Shown here: positions 1-9,699 of the stretch, piece after piece
Position numbering within the stretch: the stretch's first letter is position 1
Layout: each line of letters begins with the position of its first letter
Source: Verrucomicrobiota bacterium
GTDB taxonomy: Bacteria; Verrucomicrobiota; Verrucomicrobiia; Limisphaerales; UBA1412
Reading direction: 5' to 3'
Length of the DNA stretch: 64,000 nucleotides
Assembly (NCBI GenBank): GCA_023230105.1
Contig: JALNXY010000003.1
Coordinates: 10,998 to 74,997, forward strand
Translations under genes and position numbers: made by a program
The notes under the pieces: generated by a model
The model's database searches: none
What the model saw: only the letters and a program-made list of their open reading frames with translations
What the model was told of the DNA's origin: nothing

Positions 1-1539
1 GCGGACAATTCCGGTCAAATAAACATCCTTAAACGGCTTCTGTCCTTCATACTCATAGCCGGCCATAATCATGCGCGCCACCCAGAAGAATAATATTTCA
101 GGAGCCGTCACCAAAACCGTTGTGGGATAGAATTTCTTGAAGGTTGTTTCATCCATGGTGGCAATCGGCCATAGCCAGCTTGAAAACCATGTATCCAAAA
201 CATCCTTATCCTGCTCCCAGCCTTCGCCCGGAGAATCAATCTGGCACTTCACCTCTCCATTTTTATACCAAACCGGAATGCGATGTCCCCACCAGAGCTG
301 GCGGCTGATACACCAATCCTGAATATTCTCCATCCAGTGCTGATAAACCTTTGCCCAGCGATCAGGATAGAAAGACAACTCTCCACTGGTCACCACTTCG
401 AGCGCTTCTTTTTGGCTCGGATATTTCAAAAACCACTGCTCAGAAAGGCGAGGTTCAATGGGGACATCAGCTCTTTCACTGTAGCCCACGCTGTTTTGGT
501 AAGGCTCGATTTTTACAGCCGACCCCAGAGAAGTCAGTATCTCCCAACTCTTCTTGCGCGCTACTTCGCGAGTTAAACCTTTCAGGTCACTGCCGGCCAG
601 TTCTTCCATTGTTGCGTCGGCATTGATCACCTCCAGCATAGCAAGCTTGTGGCGTTTACCAATATCAAAGTCAGCCTTGTCATGCGCCGGAGTCACTTTC
701 AAAACACCTGTACCAAATTCGAAGTCAACGGCCTCGTCACCGATGATTGGGATCATCTTCTGCTCCCTCGGCAGTTCAGCCGGGATTGGGCGAATCACAT
801 GCTTGCCGATCAAGGCCGAAAAGCGGCTATCTTTGGGGTTCACCGCCACGGCCGTATCGCCGGGAATGGTCTCAGGCCTGGTAGTGGCAATAGTCAAAAA
901 CTGCCCCGGTTCCTCTGCAACTTCCACCTGGAAATAATAAAGCTTCCCGTTCTGAGGTTTCATGATGACCTCTTCATCGGAAAGAGCTGTCAAGGAGACA
1001 GGGCACCAGTTGACCATTCTTTTCCCTCTAAAAATCAGCCCTTTGTGATAAAGATCAACAAATGTCTCAAGCACCTTCCGAGAATACTCGGAGTCCAAAG
1101 TAAAACGCTCACGGCTCCAATCACAAGAACAACCTAACTTCTTAAGCTGATTAATAATAATACCGCCATGCTTTTCTTTCCACTTCCAGACACGTTCCAC
1201 AAACTTTTCCCGCCCTAAATCATGGCGAGAAACACCCTCTTCGAGTTTCAGCTTCTTTTCAACAACGACTTGTGTCGCAATTCCTGCATGGTCAGTTCCC
1301 GGTATCCACAAAACTTCCTTACCAAGCATTCTTGCCCGGCGAGCCAAAATGTCTTGAATGGTATTGTTGAGCACATGGCCCAGGTGAAGAATGCCGGTGA
1401 CATTGGGCGGAGGAATTACCATGGAGAAGGGAGGCTTATCAGAAGCGGCATCCGCCTTGAAACACTCTTCTTGAATCCAAAACTCGTACCATTTGGCCTC
1501 TACCTGTTGAGGCTCATAAGCTTTAGGTATTTCTGTCAT
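1..1539 (-). CDS. valS: valine--tRNA ligase, 5' portion (about 513 codons); the rest lies beyond the left window edge
   Basis: Absent from the ORF track because it is open at the window edge. My reverse-complement translation from the ATG (complement of 1537-1539) reads MTEIPKAYEPQQVEAKWYEFW...DKPPFSMVIPPPNVTGILHLGHVLNNT (class I HIGH motif)...TIATTRPETIPGDTAVAV...QDWCISRQLWW. The + strand ORFs at 137-1632 are shadows of this gene. Confidence 0.9.
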   Translation of the reverse strand, partial: MTEIPKAYEPQQVEAKWYEFWIQEECFKADAASDKPPFSMVIPPPNVTGILHLGHVLNNTIQDILARRARMLGKEVLWIPGTDHAGIATQVVVEKKLKLEEGVSRHDLGREKFVERVWKWKEKHGGIIINQLKKLGCSCDWSRERFTLDSEYSRKVLETFVDLYHKGLIFRGKRMVNWCPVSLTALSDEEVIMKPQNGKLYYFQVEVAEEPGQFLTIATTRPETIPGDTAVAVNPKDSRFSALIGKHVIRPIPAELPREQKMIPIIGDEAVDFEFGTGVLKVTPAHDKADFDIGKRHKLAMLEVINADATMEELAGSDLKGLTREVARKKSWEILTSLGSAVKIEPYQNSVGYSERADVPIEPRLSEQWFLKYPSQKEALEVVTSGELSFYPDRWAKVYQHWMENIQDWCISRQLWWGHRIPVWYKNGEVKCQIDSPGEGWEQDKDVLDTWFSSWLWPIATMDETTFKKFYPTTVLVTAPEILFFWVARMIMAGYEYEGQKPFKDVYLTGIVR

Positions 1540-1873
1540 GTTCGTCTGTCTAAAAGAATAAAAATGCTCACTTATCGGGCATCTGCCCAGAGTCTATATC
1601 AGCCCCAATCAAAAGACAATGCCGAAGCCTGAAGAGACAAAGCCCCTCGCATTACCGCATTGCCTCAAAAAAATGCACCCCGAAATGCAGCGAAAGTGGC
1701 ATGACAACAAGTTTATTGTTGGAAAAGGCAGGAATAGTATGTGAAGTCCGGTAAAACAAAAAAAAGTTGCCGTTCAGCTTGTTCATCAAATCCGATCCCT
1801 CGGACTACCTAGCACATTCACATGCCATTCAACGTAGGTGCCCAGAAATTGATCCAATCGATGTATTAATTAT

Positions 1874-2134
1874 TTATTTATTTTTCTTTATATTTTTTAA
1901 ATATTTAAATATATAAAAAAGTATTAATGGGTACAAACCGGCGGCGAATACATGGAGGATTCCACCCATTTCCATAAAATAATAGGTATATTGGAAATAG
2001 AAAACACATACTGAGGCCAACAAAACTGAAAGCCAATAAACTGCTTTTGGACTTTTTAGTTTATAAGCTAAATAGACGGACATTATCACCCAGCTTATCC
2101 ACATCCAATCAGAATCAATGAGTGCTAAGATCAT
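1874..2134 (-). CDS. hypothetical small membrane protein (86 aa)
   Basis: Only ORF in an extremely AT-rich patch. It has three hydrophobic segments (WMWISWVIMSVYLAY, VYWLSVLLASVCVFYF, GILHVFAAGLYPLILFYIF). No family recognised. Confidence 0.3.
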   Translation of the reverse strand: MILALIDSDWMWISWVIMSVYLAYKLKSPKAVYWLSVLLASVCVFYFQYTYYFMEMGGILHVFAAGLYPLILFYIFKYLKNIKKNK

Positions 2135-2417
2135 ATTATTTACCTATTTTGCAACACCTATAGTAGCGGAATCCTAAGGTTCAAATGGCGGAGAATCGTC
2201 GCTTTCATACCAAATACAGAAATTCCGTCCGACGAGTAACAGTTCTCCAACTTTATGTCAAGCATATTGGTTAAAAGTAATTCGCAAAAATGGGAAGGAA
2301 AGGAAACTGATACAGCTTGGGGATTAGGCACTGAACTGAAAATCGGTCGGATAATTTTTTTACTTTACGATAATATTGTAAAATAAAATGTATCGGTTGA
2401 ATTTGAAGAAGTCGAAA

Positions 2418-2494
<77 letters not shown>

Positions 2495-2527
2495 TCATTT
2501 ATTGTGGCCTTGAGCAGCCACGGACAG

Positions 2528-2556
2528 ATAGTAAAAAGGAACGCTTTTGATGACAA
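2528..2556 (-). promoter_or_regulatory. candidate sigma70-type promoter for tRNA-Arg
   Basis: The minus strand reads TTGTCA, a 17-nt spacer, then TACTAT. The -10 element ends about 33 nt upstream of the tRNA 5' end. Confidence 0.3.
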
Positions 2557-2852
2557 GTGCAAAATTAAAGTAAAATATAAAAGGCGTATTTTGTGGCACA
2601 GAGAGGAGATCAAAAAAGCAGAAAAAAGCGGAGGGTGAATCATTCGGCTTATATCTGATTCAGAAGAAGTTGTGAATATTCGATATCACCTACCCCCAGA
2701 ACCCTCAAAAAAATTTCTCCGAAATCATTCGGAAAAATAGAGTCTTCCACGAGGGGCCCCCCTCTTTTGCACAGTTGCTCGGCAATTCGCTTTTCCATGA
2801 AAGGTCTCAGATTTTTCTTGAAATCCTTGGCCATCTTTTTCTATGTTGTTCT

Positions 2853-4424
2853 ATGGTTAGTCTTCACCAGCCTAATGAATTAGATTCTCAATTCTTTCGA
2901 TGCGCAGATGATTTCTTTCTTGATCATTCTTCACAAGCGCTCACATATGACGATGTGTCCTTAGCAACGTTGTACTCTGAGATTTTACCCAGAGATACCC
3001 AGCTGGACGCCCAACTCGCAGAGGGTATAGAACTCCATATTCCTGTCATTTCAGCGGACATGGATACGGTCACTGAGTCTCGCATGGCTATCAGCATGGC
3101 CCTGAATGGAGGCTTGGGCCTTATCCATTACAACATGACTGAAAAGGATCAACTTGCAGAAGTTTCTCGGGTTAAGAGTCATGTACACGGATTAATCCAG
3201 GATCCGGTCACTATTTCACCAGATAAATTGATTGGAGACCTGCTCCAAACGATTGAAAAAGAGAAATACACCTTTAGCACATTTCCCGTTCTGGATCAGG
3301 ATGGCAAACTGTTAGGGGTATTGCCCGCACACGTATTGAACGCACGATTCGCCAAGCTTCGAGTCATAGACGTGACTATCCCCCGCTCACATGTTTGCAC
3401 CATCTTGCAGAGCGAACTGGGCAATGACGCCATCACGGCGGCCGACGATTATTTCACAAAAAACCCCATGGAGCATAAGCTGATCGTTGTGGATAACAAC
3501 GATCGGCTTTGTGGACTCTTCACATTAAGTGACATCTTAAAAATCAATCAGGAACGGAGAGCTCAGTTTAAAGCCGCTCGCGATTCTCGTTTCCGTTTGC
3601 TTTGTGGTGCTGCCATTTCCATCATTAGGGATGCTCAGGGGAGAATGGATCGCAAGCGGATGATGTCCCACATCGCAACACTTCTGGATCGAGGTGCGGA
3701 TGTCATCGCTGTTTCCACGGCTCACGGACACACTCGCGATGTCGGTGCGGCAGTTAAAGCTATACGCGACGCATTTCCAAAATTACCCATCATTGCCGGG
3801 AATGTAACCAGCGGTGCAGGCGTAGAATTTTTGGCCGAATCTGGTGCCAATATCATCAAAGTAGGGCAAGGTCCCGGCTCTATTTGCACAACACGTGTTG
3901 TTGCCGGTGTGGGAATTCCTCAACTCACAGCCCTCTATGTGGCATCAAAAGCGGCTGAGAAAAGAAAAGTCACAATCCTGGCCGATGGTGGAATTAATAA
4001 ATCAGGGGATATCGTAAAAGCTTTGACTCTGGCTCAGGGTGTTATCTGCGGCGGTCTGCTGGCCGGATGTCACGAGGCTCCCGGCGAGATTATTGAGATT
4101 GGAGGGAAACTGTACAAACAGTATCGAGGAATGGGAAGCCTTGCGGCCATGCGAGCCGGATCCGCCAGTCGATATGGTCATCTCAAATCTGACACAACTC
4201 GAAAAATGGCGGCAGAGGGAATCGAGGCACTTAAAGAAATTGCCGGCTCTCTGGATAATGTACTCTCTCAGTTGATCGGAGGCATACAATCCGGCATGGG
4301 TTATCTGGGCGCTCAAACTCTGTCAGACCTCCGAGGGAAAGCCCGTTTTGTACAGGTCAGCCCTGCAGGGCAACGTGAGGCGGTCCCGCATGACGTGGTT
4401 GAACTCAAGACAACGGCGAAATAG
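2853..4424 (+). CDS. guaB: IMP dehydrogenase with CBS pair
   Basis: ALTYDDVSL near the N-terminus, GGLGLIHYNMT, CBS-like insert, catalytic loop GQGPGSICTTR, GGINKSGDIVKAL. I moved the start to ATG 2853 (MVSLHQ) because the 26 upstream codons of the track ORF look non-native. Confidence 0.85.
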   Translation: MVSLHQPNELDSQFFRCADDFFLDHSSQALTYDDVSLATLYSEILPRDTQLDAQLAEGIELHIPVISADMDTVTESRMAISMALNGGLGLIHYNMTEKDQLAEVSRVKSHVHGLIQDPVTISPDKLIGDLLQTIEKEKYTFSTFPVLDQDGKLLGVLPAHVLNARFAKLRVIDVTIPRSHVCTILQSELGNDAITAADDYFTKNPMEHKLIVVDNNDRLCGLFTLSDILKINQERRAQFKAARDSRFRLLCGAAISIIRDAQGRMDRKRMMSHIATLLDRGADVIAVSTAHGHTRDVGAAVKAIRDAFPKLPIIAGNVTSGAGVEFLAESGANIIKVGQGPGSICTTRVVAGVGIPQLTALYVASKAAEKRKVTILADGGINKSGDIVKALTLAQGVICGGLLAGCHEAPGEIIEIGGKLYKQYRGMGSLAAMRAGSASRYGHLKSDTTRKMAAEGIEALKEIAGSLDNVLSQLIGGIQSGMGYLGAQTLSDLRGKARFVQVSPAGQREAVPHDVVELKTTAK

Positions 4425-4636
4425 TCGATATTCGATAAAAGCGTTTCTGTTGGATATTTAAAGTACCCGAAAAGAGAGCAAAGTATTGTGAATCAAAGAA
4501 GCATCTTTGCTCTTTTGAAGGACGTTGGTTTTTTAAGAGTCCAGCTTTATTTACTAATATAAACAAGGATTTCCTTGAGAGATAATAAAAATATCCTTGC
4601 GTCAGAGAAGGGAGTTTGCAAGGATACCGCAGCTTT

Positions 4637-5470
4637 ATGAGCGAGAATATTTTGGAATCAAACAAACTTTACGAGCTTTGGGCATGGTACGAGGCCAACC
4701 GTAAAAGAGTGCATGTGTGGGCATTCGTACTCACACTGGTTGGAGTAATCGTTGCTTACGCTATCTGGAGTGCAGGTCAAAAGCAACTTCATGCCAATAC
4801 AGCGATCTTCCGTTTGGGAGAACCTTTGAGCGTAATTGCGAGAGGCGAAGCTTCGGCTGAGGACATGGCTAAAGTCGCAGAGAAATACGAAGGAACCTCG
4901 GCGGCAGAGCGTGCTCTCATGCAATCCGGAGCTCTCTATTTCCAGGAAAAAGAGTATCAAAAAGCCTTGGACACTTTTAACCAATTTTCTCAGAAGCATC
5001 CCCAAAGCAGTCTTGCAAGTTCAGCCGCATACGGCATTGCAGTGTGCCAGGATGCGTTAGGCAAAGATGAAGAAGCTTTGGTTGCTTACCAGGCTCTCAT
5101 TCAGAAGTATCCGAATTTGGCTGATCTTGCAAAAATCAATATGGCTTCAATCTATGAGTCCAAAGGACAATTGGATAAAGCTGTGCTTCTCTATGATGAG
5201 ATTTCAAAAACACTTCATAGAAGTTGGGCTTCAATGGCTATGAGCCGTGCCAGAGCAATTCGCCTAGACCATCCTGAACTAGAGAAGAAACCTGAGGTTG
5301 CCCAGCCGACTGTTACACCCAATGTTGGTTTGGCTCCTGCCACTTCAGTAACACCCGCGGCAAAAGAAAGCGTACCTCCGATGTTGGAACGCCCAGCGGA
5401 ACCTGTGCAGAAGGCCCCTGCTGATGCAGCACCTGCACCAACCACGGCCACGCCAGAGCCAAAAGAATAA
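4637..5470 (+). CDS. membrane-anchored TPR protein (YfgM-like) with Pro/Ala-rich tail
   Basis: N-terminal transmembrane segment (VHVWAFVLTLVGVIVAYAIW), then TPR-like helices (YQKALDTFNQF, AYGIAVCQDALGKDEEALVAYQALIQKYP), then a PA-rich C-terminus. The start is ambiguous between TTG 4616 and ATG 4637. Confidence 0.5.
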   Translation: MSENILESNKLYELWAWYEANRKRVHVWAFVLTLVGVIVAYAIWSAGQKQLHANTAIFRLGEPLSVIARGEASAEDMAKVAEKYEGTSAAERALMQSGALYFQEKEYQKALDTFNQFSQKHPQSSLASSAAYGIAVCQDALGKDEEALVAYQALIQKYPNLADLAKINMASIYESKGQLDKAVLLYDEISKTLHRSWASMAMSRARAIRLDHPELEKKPEVAQPTVTPNVGLAPATSVTPAAKESVPPMLERPAEPVQKAPADAAPAPTTATPEPKE

Positions 5471-5493
5471 GCTTTTTTACAACTATTTCGCAC

Positions 5494-5525
5494 AAATGGG
5501 TGGCTCGCCACCCATTTTATTTATT
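5494..5525 (+). terminator. rho-independent terminator after the TPR gene
   Basis: AAATGGGTGG-CTCG-CCACCCATTT (10-bp stem) followed by a T-rich run. Confidence 0.6.
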
Positions 5526-5556
5526 GTAAAACCCGTTTATATAGATGCAGAACATA

Positions 5557-8391
5557 ATGACCAGCAAAGAATTACGTCAGTCATTTCTCGACTTCTTCCA
5601 ATCCAAATCTCATGCAATAGTTCCTTCGGCAAGCCTCATGCCGAACTCCCCCAATCTACTTTTTACCAATGCAGGCATGAATCAGTTTGTTCCCATTTTT
5701 TTGGGTCAGAAGGTTTGTCCCTACCCCACCCTGCGAGCTGCGGATACTCAAAAATGCATCCGAGCTGGAGGCAAACACAATGATCTTGATGACGTAGGAA
5801 TGGACACCTACCATCATACGTTTTTCGAAATGCTCGGCAATTGGAGCTTCGGAAACTATTTCAAAAAAGAAGCTATTCACTGGGCCTGGGAACTTATTGC
5901 TGAAGTCTGGAAATTCCCCAAAGAACGCCTCTACGCCACGGTTTATTCTCCGGATAAAAGTAAAGGCGATCCGAGTGAATTTGACCAAGAAGCTTTTGAT
6001 GCCTGGGCGCATCTCTTCAGCAAAGCAGGTCTGGACCCGAAGATTCACGTGCTACGCTCCGGAAAAAAGGATAACTTCTGGATGATGGGGGAAACCGGCC
6101 CCTGCGGTCCCTGTTCTGAATTGCATATTGATTTAACACCCAAAGGAGACACCCAAGGCAAGTTGGTTAATGCGGGAGTGGGCGATTGTATTGAAATTTG
6201 GAACCTCGTCTTCATGCAATACAATGCCAATGCGGATGGCACCTATACTGAATTACCGGCCAAAAACGTTGACACTGGCATGGGCTTCGAGCGTGCGGTG
6301 AGTGTTATTCAATGCACGAAAAATTTCACTGATTTTTCTGGAGTGATTTCCAACTATGAAACAGATGTTTTTAAACCCATTTTCAAGACTCTGGAAAATT
6401 TAAGTGGCAGGAAGTATACCAGCACCCTTCCGGGAACAATCCATACTGGAACCCCGGAGCAAATGAGAACGGATATCGCTTTTCGGGTCATTTCTGACCA
6501 CATCCGAACGCTGAGTTTTGCCATAGCTGATGGGATTCTGCCGGGAAATACCGATCGAAACTATGTATTGAGAAGAATTCTCAGACGCGCTGTTCGGTAC
6601 GGTCGAGCCATCGGTTTTACAAAGCCTTTTTTCTATCAACTGGTGGACGTTGTCGCTGATTCCATGGGGGATATTTTCCCGGAGGTTATTGAGCGAAAAG
6701 ACGTCATTAAACAAACGATACAAGCCGAGGAGGTTTCTTTCAACCACACCCTGGATCGTGGTATTTTAATGTTTGAACAGGAAGTTCATAAGATTAAAAA
6801 ACAAAGCGACTCGTCTGTGCCTTTAAAAAAGGACATGTCTGAAACCATCCACGGTTTAGGGAAGTTCCGCAAAGAAGTCGAAAAAATCAAAGAGCTGGGA
6901 GAACACTGGATCAGCGGTGATTTTGCATTTACACTTTACGATACTTATGGTTTCCCCCTCGACCTGACTGAATTGATGGCCAAGGAAGTAGGGCTCACCG
7001 TCGATCGTATCTCTTTTGAAAAGTTGATGGAAGAGCAGCGCAATCGCGCTCGTGCAGCTCAGAAAAAACTCATTGTCGAAGTAGATACCGGCCTGGATAT
7101 CGCCACACAATTTGTGGGCTATGATCACGACACAACTTCATGTAGGGTTGTGGCTCTTTCCAAAAAAACTTTGGGGAAAGAAGAAAGCTATTTCGCTGCT
7201 GTAGACACCTCCTCTTTCTATGCAGAAATGGGTGGTCAGGTAGGCGACACCGGTTTTCTTGAAATTGAGGGGAATTCTCTTCCCATCAATGTCGTAGACA
7301 CAATCAAACGAGGTAATACTTATTTCCTGAAACTATCGCCGAGAGATTGCACATTGTTGGGCTGGGATAAAGAACTGCCTGCGGACTTTCAAGCTCAAGC
7401 CAAACTAACCATCAATGCAAAACGTCGCAGATCTATTGAACGTAATCACACAGCCACACACTTATTGCATTGGGCTCTTCACACCGTGGCCGGAAAAGAT
7501 GTCGTTCAAAAAGGATCAGCTGTTTACCCGGATAGGTTCACTTTCGACTTTAACAGTCCTCCTTTAAGCCCTGAGCAAATTGCTCAAATAGAGGCAATGG
7601 TTAACGAGAAGATACTTGAGAACGCTCCTGTTCACTGGTTTGAAATTTCTCTCTCGGAAGTCGAAAAAAACAGCCATATTATGCAGCTCTTCGGTGAAAA
7701 ATACGAAAGCTCGGTTCGTATCATCCAGATTGCCGGATCTAAAGGCAAGCTCGACGGCTACAGTATGGAGCTCTGCGGCGGCACACATGTCCGTGCTACC
7801 GGTGAGCTGGGACAATTCCGAATTCTCTCCGAATCAGCAGTGGCCGCAGGAGTACGACGAATAGAGGCTCTAACCGGCATGAACGCCTACCAGAAGGCAA
7901 GCCGTGAGACTTCTCTGATACATTCAATGGCAGCGAGAATAAATTCACCCGTGGGAGAAGTTGAGCACAAGTTTGAATCTATTCTTGAAAAGCAAAAGAA
8001 TCTTGAACAGCAGTTGAAGTCTCTTTTGCAACAACAGGCCATCGCGATCGCGTCCAATCTGATTAATAACTCCGAACTGATCAAAAATACTCCTACTATT
8101 CTCACTAATCTAGGGGAATGTGATTCGGATCATTTGGTAGCAGTCATTGAAAATCTGCGCTCCCGTTTTTCCGGAGTAATCGTGCTGGCCGGAAATCAAG
8201 GGGACAATGTGATTCTCGCTTCTGCCGTTTCAAAAGATTTTATTAGCTCAATCCAAGCCAACAAAATAATCCAAACCATTGCTCCACTCTTAGGGGGCAA
8301 GGGCGGCGGTAAGCCTGATTTTGCACGCGGAGGAGGAAAAAATCCTGACAAGGTTGCAGAAGCGCTTGTCAAAGTAAGAGAGCTACTCTAG
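5557..8391 (+). CDS. alaS: alanine--tRNA ligase
   Basis: MTSKELRQSFLDFFQSKSHAIVPSASL, FTNAGMNQF, WSFGNYFK, YDTYGFPLDLT, editing-domain HTATHLLH, MELCGGTHV, C-terminal DHHA1-like GGKGGGKPDFARGGG. An alternative start lies at 5545. Confidence 0.95.
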   Translation: MTSKELRQSFLDFFQSKSHAIVPSASLMPNSPNLLFTNAGMNQFVPIFLGQKVCPYPTLRAADTQKCIRAGGKHNDLDDVGMDTYHHTFFEMLGNWSFGNYFKKEAIHWAWELIAEVWKFPKERLYATVYSPDKSKGDPSEFDQEAFDAWAHLFSKAGLDPKIHVLRSGKKDNFWMMGETGPCGPCSELHIDLTPKGDTQGKLVNAGVGDCIEIWNLVFMQYNANADGTYTELPAKNVDTGMGFERAVSVIQCTKNFTDFSGVISNYETDVFKPIFKTLENLSGRKYTSTLPGTIHTGTPEQMRTDIAFRVISDHIRTLSFAIADGILPGNTDRNYVLRRILRRAVRYGRAIGFTKPFFYQLVDVVADSMGDIFPEVIERKDVIKQTIQAEEVSFNHTLDRGILMFEQEVHKIKKQSDSSVPLKKDMSETIHGLGKFRKEVEKIKELGEHWISGDFAFTLYDTYGFPLDLTELMAKEVGLTVDRISFEKLMEEQRNRARAAQKKLIVEVDTGLDIATQFVGYDHDTTSCRVVALSKKTLGKEESYFAAVDTSSFYAEMGGQVGDTGFLEIEGNSLPINVVDTIKRGNTYFLKLSPRDCTLLGWDKELPADFQAQAKLTINAKRRRSIERNHTATHLLHWALHTVAGKDVVQKGSAVYPDRFTFDFNSPPLSPEQIAQIEAMVNEKILENAPVHWFEISLSEVEKNSHIMQLFGEKYESSVRIIQIAGSKGKLDGYSMELCGGTHVRATGELGQFRILSESAVAAGVRRIEALTGMNAYQKASRETSLIHSMAARINSPVGEVEHKFESILEKQKNLEQQLKSLLQQQAIAIASNLINNSELIKNTPTILTNLGECDSDHLVAVIENLRSRFSGVIVLAGNQGDNVILASAVSKDFISSIQANKIIQTIAPLLGGKGGGKPDFARGGGKNPDKVAEALVKVRELL

Positions 8392-8414
8392 GTTAATCGG
8401 AGATAACCAGATAA

Positions 8415-8460
8415 AAACGATCCCCAGAAACTTTGAAGCTTCTGGGGATCGTTTCTTTTA
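8415..8460. terminator. bidirectional rho-independent terminator between convergent alaS and the cyclophilin gene
   Basis: Perfect 15-bp inverted repeat AAACGATCCCCAGAA / TTCTGGGGATCGTTT (8415-8429 and 8440-8454), with an A-run before and a T-run after. Confidence 0.75.
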
Positions 8461-8470
8461 AGTGCTTTCT

Positions 8471-8983
8471 TTAGGGTTGGCTTCGAATGGATTTAATTTC
8501 CACCCTTCTTTTGGGTGTGCTTTTCTCTCCGGAAAAGCCCGCCTCCACAGGTGTTTTGGATATTTTTTCCAGAACATCATCCCCTTCTACCAGCTTACCA
8601 AAACAGGTATACTGGCGGTCCAGGAAAGTCGCATTTCCGGTGCAAATAAAAAATTGGCACCCGGCTGAATCCGGAGACTGAGAACGAGCCATGGAGATTA
8701 CTCCCCTGACATGTTGCCTGTTGTTAAACTCGGCCTTGATTTTGTAGCCCGGGTCTCCTGTACCTGCCATGGCCATATTGCCACCCGGCTTCGTATTGGG
8801 ACATCCTCCCTGAATCATGAATCCATCTATGATTCGATGAAAGGCGCACCCATCATAAAAGCCGCCATCAGCCAATTTTTTGAAGTTTGCCACAGTGTTT
8901 GGCGCAACATCATCCCATAGCTCTATCACCATTTTTCCTTCGCTGGTTTCAACGAGGACCTTATTTATCGTTTTTTCGCTCAT
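8471..8983 (-). CDS. ppiB: peptidyl-prolyl cis-trans isomerase, cyclophilin type (cytoplasmic form)
   Basis: FHRIIDGFMIQGGCP, GTGDPGYKIKAEF, QFFICTG, no signal peptide. Confidence 0.9.
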   Translation of the reverse strand: MSEKTINKVLVETSEGKMVIELWDDVAPNTVANFKKLADGGFYDGCAFHRIIDGFMIQGGCPNTKPGGNMAMAGTGDPGYKIKAEFNNRQHVRGVISMARSQSPDSAGCQFFICTGNATFLDRQYTCFGKLVEGDDVLEKISKTPVEAGFSGEKSTPKRRVEIKSIRSQP

Positions 8984-8988
8984 AAATT

Positions 8989-9603
8989 TTACATGCTTTC
9001 AACTACCCGAATTGATTTAACTTCAACACGCTCCTTAGGTTTACTTGGTTCGCCCGTGGTGCTCATCTCCACCGGTGTTTTAGAAATTATTTCCAGCACA
9101 TCATCACCTTTAACTAGCTTGCCAAAACAAGTGTACTTGCGATCCAGAAACGTAGCATCCCCTGTGCAGATAAAAAACTGGCATCCGGCTGAATCCGGGG
9201 ACTGCGAACGGGCCATAGATATGACGCCTCTTACGTGTCTTCGATCACTAAACTCGGCCTTGATTTTGTAGCCCGGGTCGCCAGTTCCGGCCAAGGCCAT
9301 GTTGCCTCCGGGTTTAGTAAAAGGACAACCTCCCTGGATCATGAATCCATCAATAATTCGATGGAATGCCGTCGTGTCGTAAAACTTCTCATTTGCAAGT
9401 TTGGTGAAGTTTTCCACTGTCCCGGGAGCCACATCATTCCAAAGCTCCAGTTCCATCGTCCCAGCACTGGTCTCAATCACCGCGAGGGGGTAGTTTACCT
9501 TCTGGATATCCTGTTGGGTTGTTGACGCCATACGCTCCGAACAACCGCTCAAAATTAATAGGCTGCTCGCCATGAGTATCAGAACTTTTCCAATTCTCTT
9601 CAT
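8989..9603 (-). CDS. cyclophilin-type peptidyl-prolyl isomerase, lipoprotein paralogue
   Basis: Same cyclophilin core as the neighbouring gene, plus an N-terminal signal with a lipobox (MKRIGKVLILMASSLLILSGC). Confidence 0.85.
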   Translation of the reverse strand: MKRIGKVLILMASSLLILSGCSERMASTTQQDIQKVNYPLAVIETSAGTMELELWNDVAPGTVENFTKLANEKFYDTTAFHRIIDGFMIQGGCPFTKPGGNMALAGTGDPGYKIKAEFSDRRHVRGVISMARSQSPDSAGCQFFICTGDATFLDRKYTCFGKLVKGDDVLEIISKTPVEMSTTGEPSKPKERVEVKSIRVVESM

Positions 9604-9699
9604 AACCCAGCCGATTGTAAGACAAGCGGCTCAAAAATCCAGCTTTTAGCATAAAAGACTTGTCTATTTGGCCAAAGAGGCATAAACCAGAGCTGCAAT

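Noticed and set aside
137-1632. Six overlapping + strand ORFs (61-162 aa) from the ORF track
   Set aside because: All lie antisense to the clearly recognisable valS reading frame on the minus strand. Their translations are low-complexity and Ser/Arg/Cys-rich, so they are shadow ORFs.
1861-2103. Possible oriC: a GC-free unwinding-element-like run plus a perfect DnaA box TTATCCACA at 2095-2103
   Set aside because: Only one perfect box is near the AT run. A second perfect box (TGTGGATAA, 3488-3496) sits inside guaB, showing such 9-mers occur here by chance. There is no cluster of boxes and no dnaA or dnaN nearby.
2649-2834. 61-aa minus-strand ORF (MAKDFKKNLRPFMEKRIAEQL...) upstream of guaB
   Set aside because: It has a weak ribosome-binding site, no recognisable family, and would leave only 18 bp between divergent start codons. 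I cannot support it without expression or conservation data.
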